Source: Candidatus Aldehydirespirator catecholifindens (lineage in GTDB: Bacteria > Actinomycetota > Acidimicrobiia > Acidimicrobiales > Aldehydirespiratoraceae). From it: a stretch of DNA of 64,000 bases. The stretch lies in assembly GCA_028283245.1 (NCBI GenBank), contig JAPYNU010000046.1, positions 2,033 through 66,032 on the forward strand, read 5' to 3'. Of this stretch, positions 26,606 through 35,961 are shown one piece after another. Made by a program: the position numbers and the translations under genes. The notes below the pieces were generated by a model. The model was not told where the DNA came from. It did no database searches and saw only the letters and a list, made by a program, of their open reading frames with translations. The stretch's first letter is position 1; the number at the start of each line of letters is the position of its first letter.

Positions 26606-27961
26606 GTGGATCAGCTAAGCGCAGCGTCTTCGTCAGCAGGTCGCGCTGAGACGCTGAGCGAGCAGCAGGCCAGCAAACTTCTGACACGCAGACTGACTCA
26701 GCGCATCGGCGAGCAGGGGCCGATTCCGGTGTCGGAATACCTGCTGACTTGCCTCTACGACCCCGAAGCTGGCTTCTACATGCGCTCCGGCGGGGGTCGG
26801 CCCGGTGGACGCTCGGGCCATTTCCTGACCGCTCCCGAAGTGGGGCCGCTATTCGGGGAAGTGCTGGCTCGGGCGCTGGATTCGTGGTGGAGTGAACTGG
26901 GCGAGCCCGACCCCTTCACGGTGATCGACTGGGGTGCTGGGCCGGGCACTCTGGCCCGCTCGCTGCTCGCTGCCGAGCCTGCCTGCGCCGCTACGGGTGC
27001 GCTTCAACTAGTGCTGGTGGAACTGTCGCCCGCACAGCGAGCCCTACATCCGGCAGCACCCGATCCGCCGTCGCAGTCGTCATCGCCGCAGTCATCATCA
27101 CCACCACCACCACCGCCGTCGTCATCGTCAACGCAGTCGCGGCTACTGTCGTCGCCGGAGCCGCGGCCACTGGTTGTGAGCGTGTCCACGGTGGCGGAAG
27201 CGCTGCCACGCGGGGTGTCGGCGGGAGTGGTGTTGGCCAACGAATTGCTTGACAACCTGCCTTTCGATGTGGTCCGGCGCGCTAGCCACGGCTGGGAAGA
27301 ACTGCGGGTCAACGTGCAGGATCGGCACAACAGCTTCGCATTGGTGGCTGTTTCTGCAGCCGAAGAACTGGTGGCTGGCTTGCCCGAAATGGAGGTCGGT
27401 GCCCTAGTCCCGGTGCAGCGAGCGGCGCGGCGCTGGGTAGCTGAAGCCCATCGCCTGTTAGGAGTTGGCCGGATAGTCGCCTTCGACTACGGATCAACCA
27501 CCTCAGTCCTCGCCCAACGATCAAACCCGCTGCCTATCTCGGCTGAGCCTTTGAGTCAGACAGCCAAGCGTCAGACAGCCAAGCAAGAGAGCTCAAGCCC
27601 GCCATTACAGCTATCCAACCCGCTGACTGACGTTGCTTGTAACTGGGGTTGGCTGCGAACTCACCGCCTCCATCAAAGCACCGCATCCTGGTTGAGCAAC
27701 CCGGGCTTATGCGACATCACCTCCGATGTGGCTTTCGACCAAGTGCAAGCCGATCATCAAGCCGAAGTCTGCACTCAAGCAGAGTTCTTGCGAGCCCACG
27801 GAGTCGACGAACTGGCAGACGAAGGGCGAACCGTGTGGAGCGAACGGGCTGCTGTCGGTGATCTCAAGGCTCTCAAAGCCCGCAGCCGGGTGAGAGAAGC
27901 CGAAGCGCTAACCGACCCTAAAGGTCTAGGTGCTTTCACCGCGCTGATCTGGACGGTCTGA
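26606..27961 (+). CDS. MidA/DUF185-family class I SAM-dependent methyltransferase
   Basis: GHFLTAPEVGPLFGEVLA and VIDWGAGPGTLA motifs. It carries a Ser/Pro low-complexity insertion (SQSSSPQSSSPPPPPPSSSS). Confidence 0.7.
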   Translation: MDQLSAASSSAGRAETLSEQQASKLLTRRLTQRIGEQGPIPVSEYLLTCLYDPEAGFYMRSGGGRPGGRSGHFLTAPEVGPLFGEVLARALDSWWSELGEPDPFTVIDWGAGPGTLARSLLAAEPACAATGALQLVLVELSPAQRALHPAAPDPPSQSSSPQSSSPPPPPPSSSSTQSRLLSSPEPRPLVVSVSTVAEALPRGVSAGVVLANELLDNLPFDVVRRASHGWEELRVNVQDRHNSFALVAVSAAEELVAGLPEMEVGALVPVQRAARRWVAEAHRLLGVGRIVAFDYGSTTSVLAQRSNPLPISAEPLSQTAKRQTAKQESSSPPLQLSNPLTDVACNWGWLRTHRLHQSTASWLSNPGLCDITSDVAFDQVQADHQAEVCTQAEFLRAHGVDELADEGRTVWSERAAVGDLKALKARSRVREAEALTDPKGLGAFTALIWTV

Positions 27962-28051
27962 CGCTCTGATAGGCATCCCGAGACACCGCCTTCGCAATGG
28001 GCTCGCTTGGAGAGCGCTCCGCAGTCTGACCGACGGCAGTTCTCGGTGGGC

Positions 28052-28861
28052 TCAGTTTTGATCGTTACCGAATTCCCAGGCCGCTATCTCCGCCATCTGC
28101 TCGCCGAGCAGCGCCACGGCCGTCTCAAATAACTGCTTGCCCTCGCGGGCGTTGGCACCGGTCGGATCACCAATATGACCGTCAGGCCCAAAATCGTTGG
28201 ACAGCCATCCGAACGACGCCATCCCGCCGAAGCGCACATAGCGGTTTGCGGCGAGACGCTCCGGCACGGCTCTTCGCGCCTTCTCAAGATGAACAAGCTC
28301 AGGTCGCAGATGCATAAACACTGAGGTTTCCTCATGGCCGCCGTGGATACCCATACCCATCTCTGAGTCGGGCGATGCTCCACCCTGATCGGCTGGCACA
28401 AACGGATGCACCAGAAAGGTCATCAGACCGTGCGCCAAGCGAACCTCGCGACAGGCCACGTTGAGCAGCGCCGAATTGCCGCCGTGACCGTTGAGAAATA
28501 CCAGCCGGCGTGCCGCGGTGGCAGCCACACTGCGGCCGATGTCGTCCAACACAGCTAGCAGCGTCTGAGCCGATAGCCAAAGGGTGCCCGCCGACCAGGC
28601 GTGCTCATTGGACTTCGATATCGACAAGGTGGGCAGCAGCCACAGGTCATGGGCATCGCCGTGCTCAGCCACAAGCGCAGCAGCCGACTCATGAGCGATC
28701 ACATGATCCACCGACAGCGGCAGATGCGGACCGTGCTGCTCCACTGCGCCGATGGGCTGCACGATCACCGCCGACTCGGTGATCTGTTCAGCGATCTCGG
28801 GACCAGACAGGTCTTCTAAGCGCCGACCGCGCTTTCGTCCTTGTGAAGCCGCGCCGCTCAC
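28052..28861 (-). CDS. Creatininase-family amidohydrolase
   Basis: VQPIGAVEQHGPHLPLSVD, FLNGHGGN and HGGHEETS motifs. Confidence 0.8.
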   Translation of the reverse strand: MSGAASQGRKRGRRLEDLSGPEIAEQITESAVIVQPIGAVEQHGPHLPLSVDHVIAHESAAALVAEHGDAHDLWLLPTLSISKSNEHAWSAGTLWLSAQTLLAVLDDIGRSVAATAARRLVFLNGHGGNSALLNVACREVRLAHGLMTFLVHPFVPADQGGASPDSEMGMGIHGGHEETSVFMHLRPELVHLEKARRAVPERLAANRYVRFGGMASFGWLSNDFGPDGHIGDPTGANAREGKQLFETAVALLGEQMAEIAAWEFGNDQN

Positions 28862-28912
28862 AGAGACCTCCTAGTACCCCAAGTGCTGCTCATGGTGCTG
28901 TTCATGGGGTTT

Positions 28913-30604
28913 TCACGGTAGCGGACTCCAGAACGACACGGAGCCCAGGCCGAGGCTGGAGACTTCTCCCACACTGTCAAGGCGTGACACCGAAGCGAAA
29001 TCGAAACCGCCTGGCCGGGTGACACTGTAGGTGATGGCGTTACTGTCGGGCGACCAGACCCGGGGAGTTTCGTCGTATTGATCGGCGAACGGCAGATAGT
29101 TGCGCAGGAAGTTGGCGCTTGGTGTGAACTGGGCTAACTCCAGCGACTCGTTGCCGTCCCAGACATGCCAAGCCATCAGGGCATCAGCTTCCGTCGGGGC
29201 GATGGTCGCCATTAGCAGACGCTGCCCGTCAGGGCTCCAGTTCACCCACAGACCTGGGCTGCTCAAAGCTTGAGTTCGCTCACCGGTCTCCAAGTCAAGA
29301 ATCTCAACAGATCCCTGGATTCGAGCCTGAGCGGCGGCTGCGGTTTGTGTTGATGCTGTACTCTGTGCCGCTGCTGCAGTCTGGACTTCTGCTGCTGCAG
29401 TCTGGACTGTCAATGCTGCGGTCTGTGTCGATGCTGCACTCTCGGCACCGCCCACTGGCAAGGTTGGAACCCCCGGCTGTGCGGGCTGTGTGCGTTGTGA
29501 GGCTTGCACGAAAGCTAGTGCCACTCGATCACCGTCTGGGTGAACCGTCATGGCGGTCAGATCTTTAGCTGAACCCAAGTCAGTGACGGTGTCGTCGGCA
29601 AGGTTGCGCTGCAGTAGTCGTTGCTGCACAAGATCGGCACCGCCTTCGGTGTTGCTAGTTTCGCTTGCGGGTGCTTCGCCCACGTAGAGGAATGCGTCCT
29701 GGCCGGGCACCCAGGCCGCAGCCTGAAATCCAGAACCGGCTGTTCCCAGTTCCTTGTAATTGCCTAGCTGATCGGGATCATCAACAAGCCATAGCTGCGA
29801 TCCGATATGCACCAGCAGACGCTGCCCGCCGGGCTCCCAGGCGATGAAGACGCTGCTTCCAGTGATTGCGTCGGGCGAAGTTGGCGTTCCTGTCGCATTA
29901 AGAATGTCCAATGCTGTTCCGCCGCCCGAGCCTGAGCCCAGCGCCGCCAGCCGAGTGCCGTCGTAGTTCCACGAGTAAAAGAAATAGGGTCGGCGTGCCG
30001 CAACGTTGGTGAGTTCACCCTCGGGCACGTCTAGCACCGCAACTTGGGAGGTGCCTCTTCCAGGATCTGTGAAAGTTGCTGCCAGTTTGGTGCCATCGCG
30101 TGACCAGGTCGGCTGCGTAACGATGTAATCGTCACCGAACTGGGCCACGCTCTGCCCGTTCGGGGTCAGCAAACTCAAACCGGTCGTGCTTGTGGTGACG
30201 ATCAGGCCACGGCTGCGACTTGATTGCGCTGATTGCGCTGGCCTAGCCTCAGCGGGTTCTGTTTCTGGTGTTGGGTTGGGTGTTGGTTCTGATTCTGGTG
30301 TTGTTGGCAGTGGCGGCAAGGTGGTGCCGGTGCCTCCAGACGTGGTGTCAGCGGGTTCGGGTTCTGGGTTTGGGTCTGGGTCTGGCCTAGTCTCGGCGGG
30401 TTCTGTTTCTGGGTTTGAGGGTTCGGGTTCTGCTCTCGGTATTGCTGGCAAGCTCGGCGAGGTGGTGCTTTCGGCCGCGGGCACCGAGACACGTTCCGGC
30501 GCTGATGAGCAGGCTGCGACCACCCAGACACACAACGTCAGCGCTGCAAGCTTCTGGCCTCGCCATCTTGTAGCCGCCCGACTCTGTGATGCACAAAAGC
30601 CCAC
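28913..30604 (-). CDS. Lipoprotein with Pro/Glu/Thr-rich linker and PD40 (TolB-like) beta-propeller repeats
   Basis: Lipobox VVAAC after a GTG at 30604. WSRDGTKLAA, WSPDGQRLL and WSPDSNAITY repeats are present. The listed ORF extends to 31090, but that part is antisense to the peptidase gene; the start is uncertain. Confidence 0.65.
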   Translation of the reverse strand: MGFCASQSRAATRWRGQKLAALTLCVWVVAACSSAPERVSVPAAESTTSPSLPAIPRAEPEPSNPETEPAETRPDPDPNPEPEPADTTSGGTGTTLPPLPTTPESEPTPNPTPETEPAEARPAQSAQSSRSRGLIVTTSTTGLSLLTPNGQSVAQFGDDYIVTQPTWSRDGTKLAATFTDPGRGTSQVAVLDVPEGELTNVAARRPYFFYSWNYDGTRLAALGSGSGGGTALDILNATGTPTSPDAITGSSVFIAWEPGGQRLLVHIGSQLWLVDDPDQLGNYKELGTAGSGFQAAAWVPGQDAFLYVGEAPASETSNTEGGADLVQQRLLQRNLADDTVTDLGSAKDLTAMTVHPDGDRVALAFVQASQRTQPAQPGVPTLPVGGAESAASTQTAALTVQTAAAEVQTAAAAQSTASTQTAAAAQARIQGSVEILDLETGERTQALSSPGLWVNWSPDGQRLLMATIAPTEADALMAWHVWDGNESLELAQFTPSANFLRNYLPFADQYDETPRVWSPDSNAITYSVTRPGGFDFASVSRLDSVGEVSSLGLGSVSFWSPLP

Positions 30605-30698
30605 GTTGCGAAGCGTAGCTTTCAAGGCCGAAATGGGTGGCGGCGAAAGCTGGTGAGAGCACAATGCCAATCGGGAGAACGCCGCTGAGAGAGGGTCA

Positions 30699-31397
30699 AT
30701 GAGTCCCACAGCGTTGATTGTGGCCGGTGTCGCCGGTCTTGTTGTTGGCCGGGCGGGTCTGCTGCTTGCAGATCGATTTACTGTGCCGAGGTCCCGCAGG
30801 CGCATTCCGCTACAGGAAGCAGTCACTGCTTTGGCGGTTGTGGCGGTGGCTGCTCGTTTCGATGCGGGATGGGAGATGCTGCCTCCGCTGGTGGCCGTGG
30901 TGTCGCTGATCACGCTTTCGGCGGTGGATTTTCGCTCATATCGCCTGCCTGACCTGCTCACTCTGCCGTCAATCGGTTTGAGCCTGGTTGCTGTGGCGGC
31001 GCACGCTGTGGCTGTCGGACGGGTTTCGGTGATGTTCACGGCGCTGGCAGTGGCGCTGAGTCTGGGAGTGGTGATGTGGGGGATGCACAAACTGCGGCCT
31101 GACAGCCTCGGCTTCGGTGATGTGAAGCTTGCTCCACTTCTCGGATTGCATCTCGGCTGGGCAGCATCGACGGATTCCGATCAGGGTTGGACCTCTGCGG
31201 TTGTGCTTACGGCCGAGGCACTATTGGTGAGCAGTTTGATCGGGCTGGCGATGGGTTTGGTGCTGGGGATGCTGCGCCGCCAAAGCGTTGATCCTGATAG
31301 CCGACAACGGCTGCGTGACACTGTGCTGCCGTTCGGCCCTGCGCTCGCCGCAGGCACCATGATTGCAGTCTTCTACACCAGCCCGCTTCTGGCCTGA
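30699..31397 (+). CDS. Prepilin (type IV leader) peptidase, A24 family
   Basis: Polytopic membrane protein with a GFGDVKLAPLLG catalytic-Asp motif and an earlier FRSYRLPD motif. Confidence 0.75.
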   Translation: MSPTALIVAGVAGLVVGRAGLLLADRFTVPRSRRRIPLQEAVTALAVVAVAARFDAGWEMLPPLVAVVSLITLSAVDFRSYRLPDLLTLPSIGLSLVAVAAHAVAVGRVSVMFTALAVALSLGVVMWGMHKLRPDSLGFGDVKLAPLLGLHLGWAASTDSDQGWTSAVVLTAEALLVSSLIGLAMGLVLGMLRRQSVDPDSRQRLRDTVLPFGPALAAGTMIAVFYTSPLLA

Positions 31398-31671
31398 TCA
31401 ACTCTGATCCGCTCTGACCGATTCGGGACTGCCGGATCCATCATTGCCCCTCATTATTGCCCCTCATTTCTGGTCGCATCAGGGCAGCAGAATCCCCACA
31501 ATTGCTAACCAGCGTCGCTAGTGGCCGTGCGGCAATCAAGCCTTCGGCGTGCTGGTTCGCTCGCCTGTGAGTCTTTGGTGCATCCGCGCGCCGGGTTCTC
31601 TCCGTATTAATAAATGACAAGTAGTTGATGGCACTTAATTAATCACCCTCTGCAACTTTTGGAGACAGTTA

Positions 31672-32298
31672 ATGTTGAACAAATCTTTTCGGATCCTGTG
31701 CGTTGTTGTGGCTCTGTCGCTCGTGGCGGCGGCTTGTGGCGACGATGACGAAGAGAGCACTGAAGCTTCGGCAACATCCGAGACGACCACTCCCGAGCCT
31801 GAGCCTGTTCCCGAGACGACTGTTCCTGAGTCTGAGATGATGGATGATCCCGAGCCTGAGATGATGGATGAGCTTGGGACGATTGTGGATGTGGCTGTTG
31901 CTTCTGGGGCTTTCCCGACTCTTGTTGCGGCGGTTGAAGCTGCTGAGTTGGTAGATGTTTTGAGTGGTGAGGGGCCTTTCACAGTGTTCGCGCCGACTGA
32001 GGAGGCTTTTGTGGCGGCGCTGGAAGCGTTGGAGCTCTCGGCTGCTGAGCTGCTGGCCAACACCGAATTGTTGACTTCGGTGTTGGCTTATCATGTGTTG
32101 CCTTTGGCTGCTCCAGCGGAGTTGGTGGTCACTCTTGATGGTCAAAGTGTGGCGACTGTCGGAGGTGCTGAGGTGTTGATTGGTGTGGACGGTGGCACGG
32201 TCATGGTCAATGACGCGACCGTGGTAACTACCGACATTGAAGCCTCCAACGGCGTGATCCATGTCATCGACACCGTCCTTTTGCCACCTGCGAGCTAG
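31672..32298 (+). CDS. Fasciclin (FAS1) domain lipoprotein
   Basis: Lipobox LVAAAC; GPFTVFAPTEEAF, VLAYHVL and NGVIHVIDTVLLP motifs. Confidence 0.88.
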   Translation: MLNKSFRILCVVVALSLVAAACGDDDEESTEASATSETTTPEPEPVPETTVPESEMMDDPEPEMMDELGTIVDVAVASGAFPTLVAAVEAAELVDVLSGEGPFTVFAPTEEAFVAALEALELSAAELLANTELLTSVLAYHVLPLAAPAELVVTLDGQSVATVGGAEVLIGVDGGTVMVNDATVVTTDIEASNGVIHVIDTVLLPPAS

Positions 32299-32450
32299 TA
32301 ATCGCATTCCAGTTCCCCCAAATTCGGCGGGTGGGCGGCATTCTCGGACTCCTCCACAGTCCGGCCGTCTGCCCGTCGGAACCTTGCGTGTCGTCGCGCT
32401 CGGCTGCACTTGATCAATATCGCATCACTCGCCGTCGTTATAGTCGTGTA

Positions 32451-33077
32451 GTGGTGAGCCGTGGGAGCGAGCAGATTGAGAGCATTGAGAAGGCTTTCGC
32501 TCGTGGCGACGAAGGTGCCCTCAAGGCGGCCTACCAGTGCTACAGCAGCCTCGTCTACACCTTCTGTTGTCGAACCCTCGACGAGAGCCGCGCCGAGGAT
32601 GTGATCCAGGAAGTGTTTATCAGTGCTTGGAAGAGCCACATGCGATATGAGCCCGCCCGAGGATCGCTGGCCGGTTGGTTGATTGCGATTGCCAAAAATC
32701 GGATCATCGACAATGTCCGGGCCGAGCAGCGACACAGTCTTCGTCGCGCTGACGCTGATATCAATAACGTTGCTGCCAATAACGCTGCTGCTGATAACGC
32801 TGCTGCTGATAACGCTGCTGCTGATAACGCTGCTGTCGCCGTGGATGACACTTTCGTAGAGGCCCGTGTTGATGCCATCGCAGACCGCCTGCTGGTGGCG
32901 GAAGCTCTGCGCTGTCTTTCTGATCGGGCTCGCCAGGTTGTCACGATGCACTATTTCGATGATCTCACCCTTCGTCAGATAGCCGAAACGACCGGTCAGC
33001 CCCTCGGCACGGTGAAGAGCGATCTGCGTCGCGCTTTGGCTCGTTTCCGTCAGCAGTTGGAGCCGAAACATGGATGA
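32451..33077 (+). CDS. ECF-type sigma-70 family RNA polymerase sigma factor (SigK-like)
   Basis: Region 2 (QEVFISAWKS, LAGWLIAIAKNRIID) and region 4 (MHYFDDLTLRQIAETTGQPLGTVKSDLRRAL). The listed ORF starts at 32331; GTG 32451 is preferred but uncertain. Confidence 0.85.
   Translation: MVSRGSEQIESIEKAFARGDEGALKAAYQCYSSLVYTFCCRTLDESRAEDVIQEVFISAWKSHMRYEPARGSLAGWLIAIAKNRIIDNVRAEQRHSLRRADADINNVAANNAAADNAAADNAAADNAAVAVDDTFVEARVDAIADRLLVAEALRCLSDRARQVVTMHYFDDLTLRQIAETTGQPLGTVKSDLRRALARFRQQLEPKHG
32763..32837 (+). repeat. Five copies of a 15-bp in-frame tandem repeat in the sigma-factor region 2/4 linker
   Basis: (a/g)ataacg(c/t)tgctgc(c/t) occurs five times, encoding NNVAANNAAADNAAADNAAADNAAV. 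Confidence 0.9.
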
Positions 33078-33786
33078 CCGTCACAAGTCGCGAAGCGATC
33101 GTGCCCGGCGAAGCGGTCACAACCAGCGCAGCACTGCTGAGATCGAAGCTCTGCTGCGCGATGTTGAGCCTGCGGACCTGCAACTGCTAGAGCCCCCAGA
33201 GCACACCTGGATCGCGATTGAGTCGGCACTTCAAACCGCCGCCGATGAGCGCAGCAACGCAGGTGATCGCAGCTACACAGGTGAGCGCAGCAACATCGTG
33301 TCGATCAGAGAGCGTCAACGGGTTCGGAGAAGGCTTGCAGTTGGCATTGCGGCTGTGCTGGTTGTCGTCGTAGCGGGGGTGGCAGCTTTGCTGCTGGCTC
33401 GCAGCGACTCGTCTGAGGTGGTGGCATCCGCAACGCTCGCCTACGATCCCGAGCAATTCGACATGAGCGGTGCCCAAGCCCGCGCCAACACAGAACTTGT
33501 GCGTGACAGCGGCGAGCACAGCATCGTATTCGTGGACGCAGAGCTGCCTGATCCTGAGGCTGATGCCGATCTCGAAGTGTGGCTGATTCGTCCCGATGCC
33601 TCCGGCAACGTTGCTGATCTGGTGTCGCTCGGAGTTATTGATCCGGCTGATCCAGGCCGTCTCGCGGTGCCAGCGGGGTATGACCCGAACGCGTATTTCG
33701 TCGTGGATATAAGCATTGAGCCCCGAGACGGTGATGCCTCTCACTCTGGACGAACCATCCTGCGCGGCCCGCTGCAAGACACCTAA
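33070..33786 (+). CDS. Anti-sigma factor, RskA-like (single TM, C-terminal anti-sigma-K domain)
   Basis: 8-nt overlap with the sigma gene. Central TM LAVGIAAVLVVVVAGVAALLL. C-terminal LEVWLIRPD....VDISIEPRDGDASHSGRTILRGPL. Confidence 0.75.
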   Translation: MDDRHKSRSDRARRSGHNQRSTAEIEALLRDVEPADLQLLEPPEHTWIAIESALQTAADERSNAGDRSYTGERSNIVSIRERQRVRRRLAVGIAAVLVVVVAGVAALLLARSDSSEVVASATLAYDPEQFDMSGAQARANTELVRDSGEHSIVFVDAELPDPEADADLEVWLIRPDASGNVADLVSLGVIDPADPGRLAVPAGYDPNAYFVVDISIEPRDGDASHSGRTILRGPLQDT

Positions 33787-33814
33787 ACGCGCAGAAGCCA
33801 AACAAGTCCTAAAG

Positions 33815-34384
33815 CTAAAAGGGGCTGAAACCCAAACGGTTGCGTATCGACACCAGCTCCCCGAGGTGGTTGTAGCCATGGCCGACAGCGCTCCACTGAA
33901 GGAACCAGGCCGCAGGCTTGCCGTCCCACATCGCATAAAGCCAGTCGAAACGGTCTTCGGGCGTGCCAATGGCTTGCAGAGCAGAAGCCGTGTCGGGGTG
34001 GCTGTTCATTTCGGGCAGCCCATGGCTGCTGAGCCAGTCGGTGGTGGTATCCAGCACCGCTAAGGCATAACCGCCGACAGCCTCAGGATCAAGCACCTCG
34101 GTGAGTTCACAGTCCTCGCTCTCGGCCAAGCCCCGCCATAGGTTGTCGGTCACACCCAGCCGGTCGGTCCAATCTTCGACAACGGCAGATGCCCCGACCC
34201 GAAGAGCGCCGTTGACGGCTAGGTCATGATGACGAGCCAGATGCCATAGCACGTAGCTGGGAGCGATTCCTCCTCCGTCGGCCCGCTTGAGCAACTGCTG
34301 CGAGGGGATCGTTTTGAGCACTCCGCCTTCGAGTCGTGCCCGCAGCGCCTTCAAATCGTTGATGATCCAACTGCACAAATCCAT
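33815..34384 (-). CDS. DinB-superfamily protein
   Basis: A four-helix DinB-like pattern (YVLWHLARHHDLAVN, and a C-terminal HGYNHLGELV His motif). ATG 34384 is preferred over 34453 to avoid overlap with the neighbouring gene. Confidence 0.5.
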   Translation of the reverse strand: MDLCSWIINDLKALRARLEGGVLKTIPSQQLLKRADGGGIAPSYVLWHLARHHDLAVNGALRVGASAVVEDWTDRLGVTDNLWRGLAESEDCELTEVLDPEAVGGYALAVLDTTTDWLSSHGLPEMNSHPDTASALQAIGTPEDRFDWLYAMWDGKPAAWFLQWSAVGHGYNHLGELVSIRNRLGFSPF

Positions 34385-34424
34385 GATTACCTGCTCTCGT
34401 TGCTCGATTTCTATTGTTTGACTT

Positions 34425-34961
34425 CTATTGTTTGACTTGGACAAGGCCAGCACTGGGAGTCCAGCCTTCGATCAGCAAAGCGTCGTCAGCAACTCGCACA
34501 AGGGCAACCCGCCTGATCCGAGCCACGAACAACTCCATGAGCGACGGGTCTTCAATCGGGTGGTGGTGCCCGGCCACGAACTCCGCCTGCTGGGCGGAGT
34601 CCGCCGCAACAGCAACACCGCTGATTCGGGCGTCACCTGCGGGCAGATGTTCTGAGTCGAGTGCGCTGTGCAGAGCGAAGCGAGGGTCATGATGCAGGTC
34701 TTGGGCCTTGAGCGATCCTGGGGTCATGGCCAGCCAAAGATGCCCTGAGCGGATCGGCGCTTCCATCCCTGACAGTCTCGGTGAGCCGTCAGGTCGCAGG
34801 GTGCCCATCACCACATGGCGATGGCTTTCCATTCTGGAGCGCACCCGCTGAGCCAGATCACCGGCAGCTTGTTCAAAGTCGGTCCATGTCACAGTCCCGG
34901 CTGTTGTGCCTGCATCGCCGCTTGCATCTGAGTTCATGCCATGCCTCAAGCTTTCATCCAT
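34425..34961 (-). CDS. Pyridoxamine 5'-phosphate oxidase-like (split-barrel flavin/deazaflavin-binding) family protein
   Basis: HVVMGTLRPDGSPRLSGME and LWLAMTPGSLKAQDL are typical of PPOX-class proteins. Confidence 0.6.
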   Translation of the reverse strand: MDESLRHGMNSDASGDAGTTAGTVTWTDFEQAAGDLAQRVRSRMESHRHVVMGTLRPDGSPRLSGMEAPIRSGHLWLAMTPGSLKAQDLHHDPRFALHSALDSEHLPAGDARISGVAVAADSAQQAEFVAGHHHPIEDPSLMELFVARIRRVALVRVADDALLIEGWTPSAGLVQVKQ

Positions 34962-34971
34962 ATTGCTAATG

Positions 34972-35052
34972 CCGCCCAGTCGCCCGTATTGCCCAGTCGC
35001 CCGTGTCGCCCAGTTGCCCAGATTGCCCAGTTGCCCAGATTGCCCAGTCGCT
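34972..35052. repeat. Intergenic degenerate tandem repeat (gcccagt/ttgcccaga units)
   Basis: The sequence reads cgcccagtcgcccgtattgcccagtcgcccgtgtcgcccagttgcccagattgcccagttgcccagattgcccagtcgc. It lies between divergent genes. Confidence 0.8.
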
Positions 35053-35137
35053 CACGCCGCCAATCTAGGCCAGTTCTACCGTCGGCTCCCAGTTTGGGGT
35101 TTCTGCACGGCTCAGGGCTGTCGCTAAAGTTCTGGCG

Positions 35138-35647
35138 GTGCGTTTCGTGTTGCTGCAGTCCCATCCTCAGCCGTCGGATTGCTTGAATGTCACGCTGTTC
35201 AATCGGGTGGTGGATGCCCTGAAGGGCTCAGGCCACGAGGTTGATGTCGTTCGGATTGCTCAGGGCGAGTCGATTAGCGCGTTGAGCGTGGTGGGTGCTG
35301 AAGGCTTGATTTTGGTGTATCCCACATGGTGGGGCGGATTGCCAGCACCTCTTTTGGGCTGGGTGCAGCGAGAGCTTTGCGACTGGATTGACGGCACCGC
35401 CGAGGCGGCTGCCTCGCCGTTGCGCACCGTGCGCCACCTGATAGCGGTAACCACACACGGATCACCAAAAAGGGTCAACTGGCTTCAAGGCCAGCCGGGG
35501 CACCAACTACTGCACCGCACCATCACGCGACTGTGCGCGCCACGAACAAAGCTGCGCTGGCTTGCGCTGTATGGACTTGATCAGCGCTCCACCGAGAGCA
35601 TCTCTGCTTTTGTAGACCGCACCGCCAAAGAGTTAGCAAAGCTATAA
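35138..35647 (+). CDS. Flavodoxin-like fold NAD(P)H-dependent (quinone) oxidoreductase
   Basis: VLLQSHPQPSDCLN N-terminus and LILVYPTWWGGLPAPLLGWV motif. Confidence 0.6.
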   Translation: MRFVLLQSHPQPSDCLNVTLFNRVVDALKGSGHEVDVVRIAQGESISALSVVGAEGLILVYPTWWGGLPAPLLGWVQRELCDWIDGTAEAAASPLRTVRHLIAVTTHGSPKRVNWLQGQPGHQLLHRTITRLCAPRTKLRWLALYGLDQRSTESISAFVDRTAKELAKL

Positions 35648-35961
35648 ATCACCGACACCAGCCGCCAGGGCCGTCCAGCATCATCATCGCCCCGCCCGCC
35701 ACCGCTTGCTAGAGATGGTTGTTGAGGCATGTCATGGCGTGTGGAGTCGGTGAGTCCCCCGCTAAGCCGTTGCTTGTGTTGTCCAGCCAGCGGGTCCTGT
35801 CGTCGGGCTCTTTTTGACCAACAGGGCTTCGCCCAATCGTTGGGCAAAAAGCCCCGCCGCCACCCACCGGCTTAGCTGCTGCCCTAATCTGGTTATGGCT
35901 CTGGCCGAATCTGATTGCCTGCTCTTGACTTAGTTCGGCGTTCACCACAGTGTGGCTGGGG

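Noticed and set aside
30605-31090. N-terminal 162 codons of the listed 725-aa minus-strand ORF
   Set aside because: This part is antisense to the prepilin peptidase gene, which has a clear catalytic motif. A lipobox preceded by a GTG at 30604 gives a sensible start.
31669-33969. Long minus-strand ORFs (246, 258 and 260 aa) opposite the fasciclin, sigma and anti-sigma genes
   Set aside because: The plus-strand genes have strong family motifs. The minus-strand frames have none and are typical GC-rich shadow ORFs.
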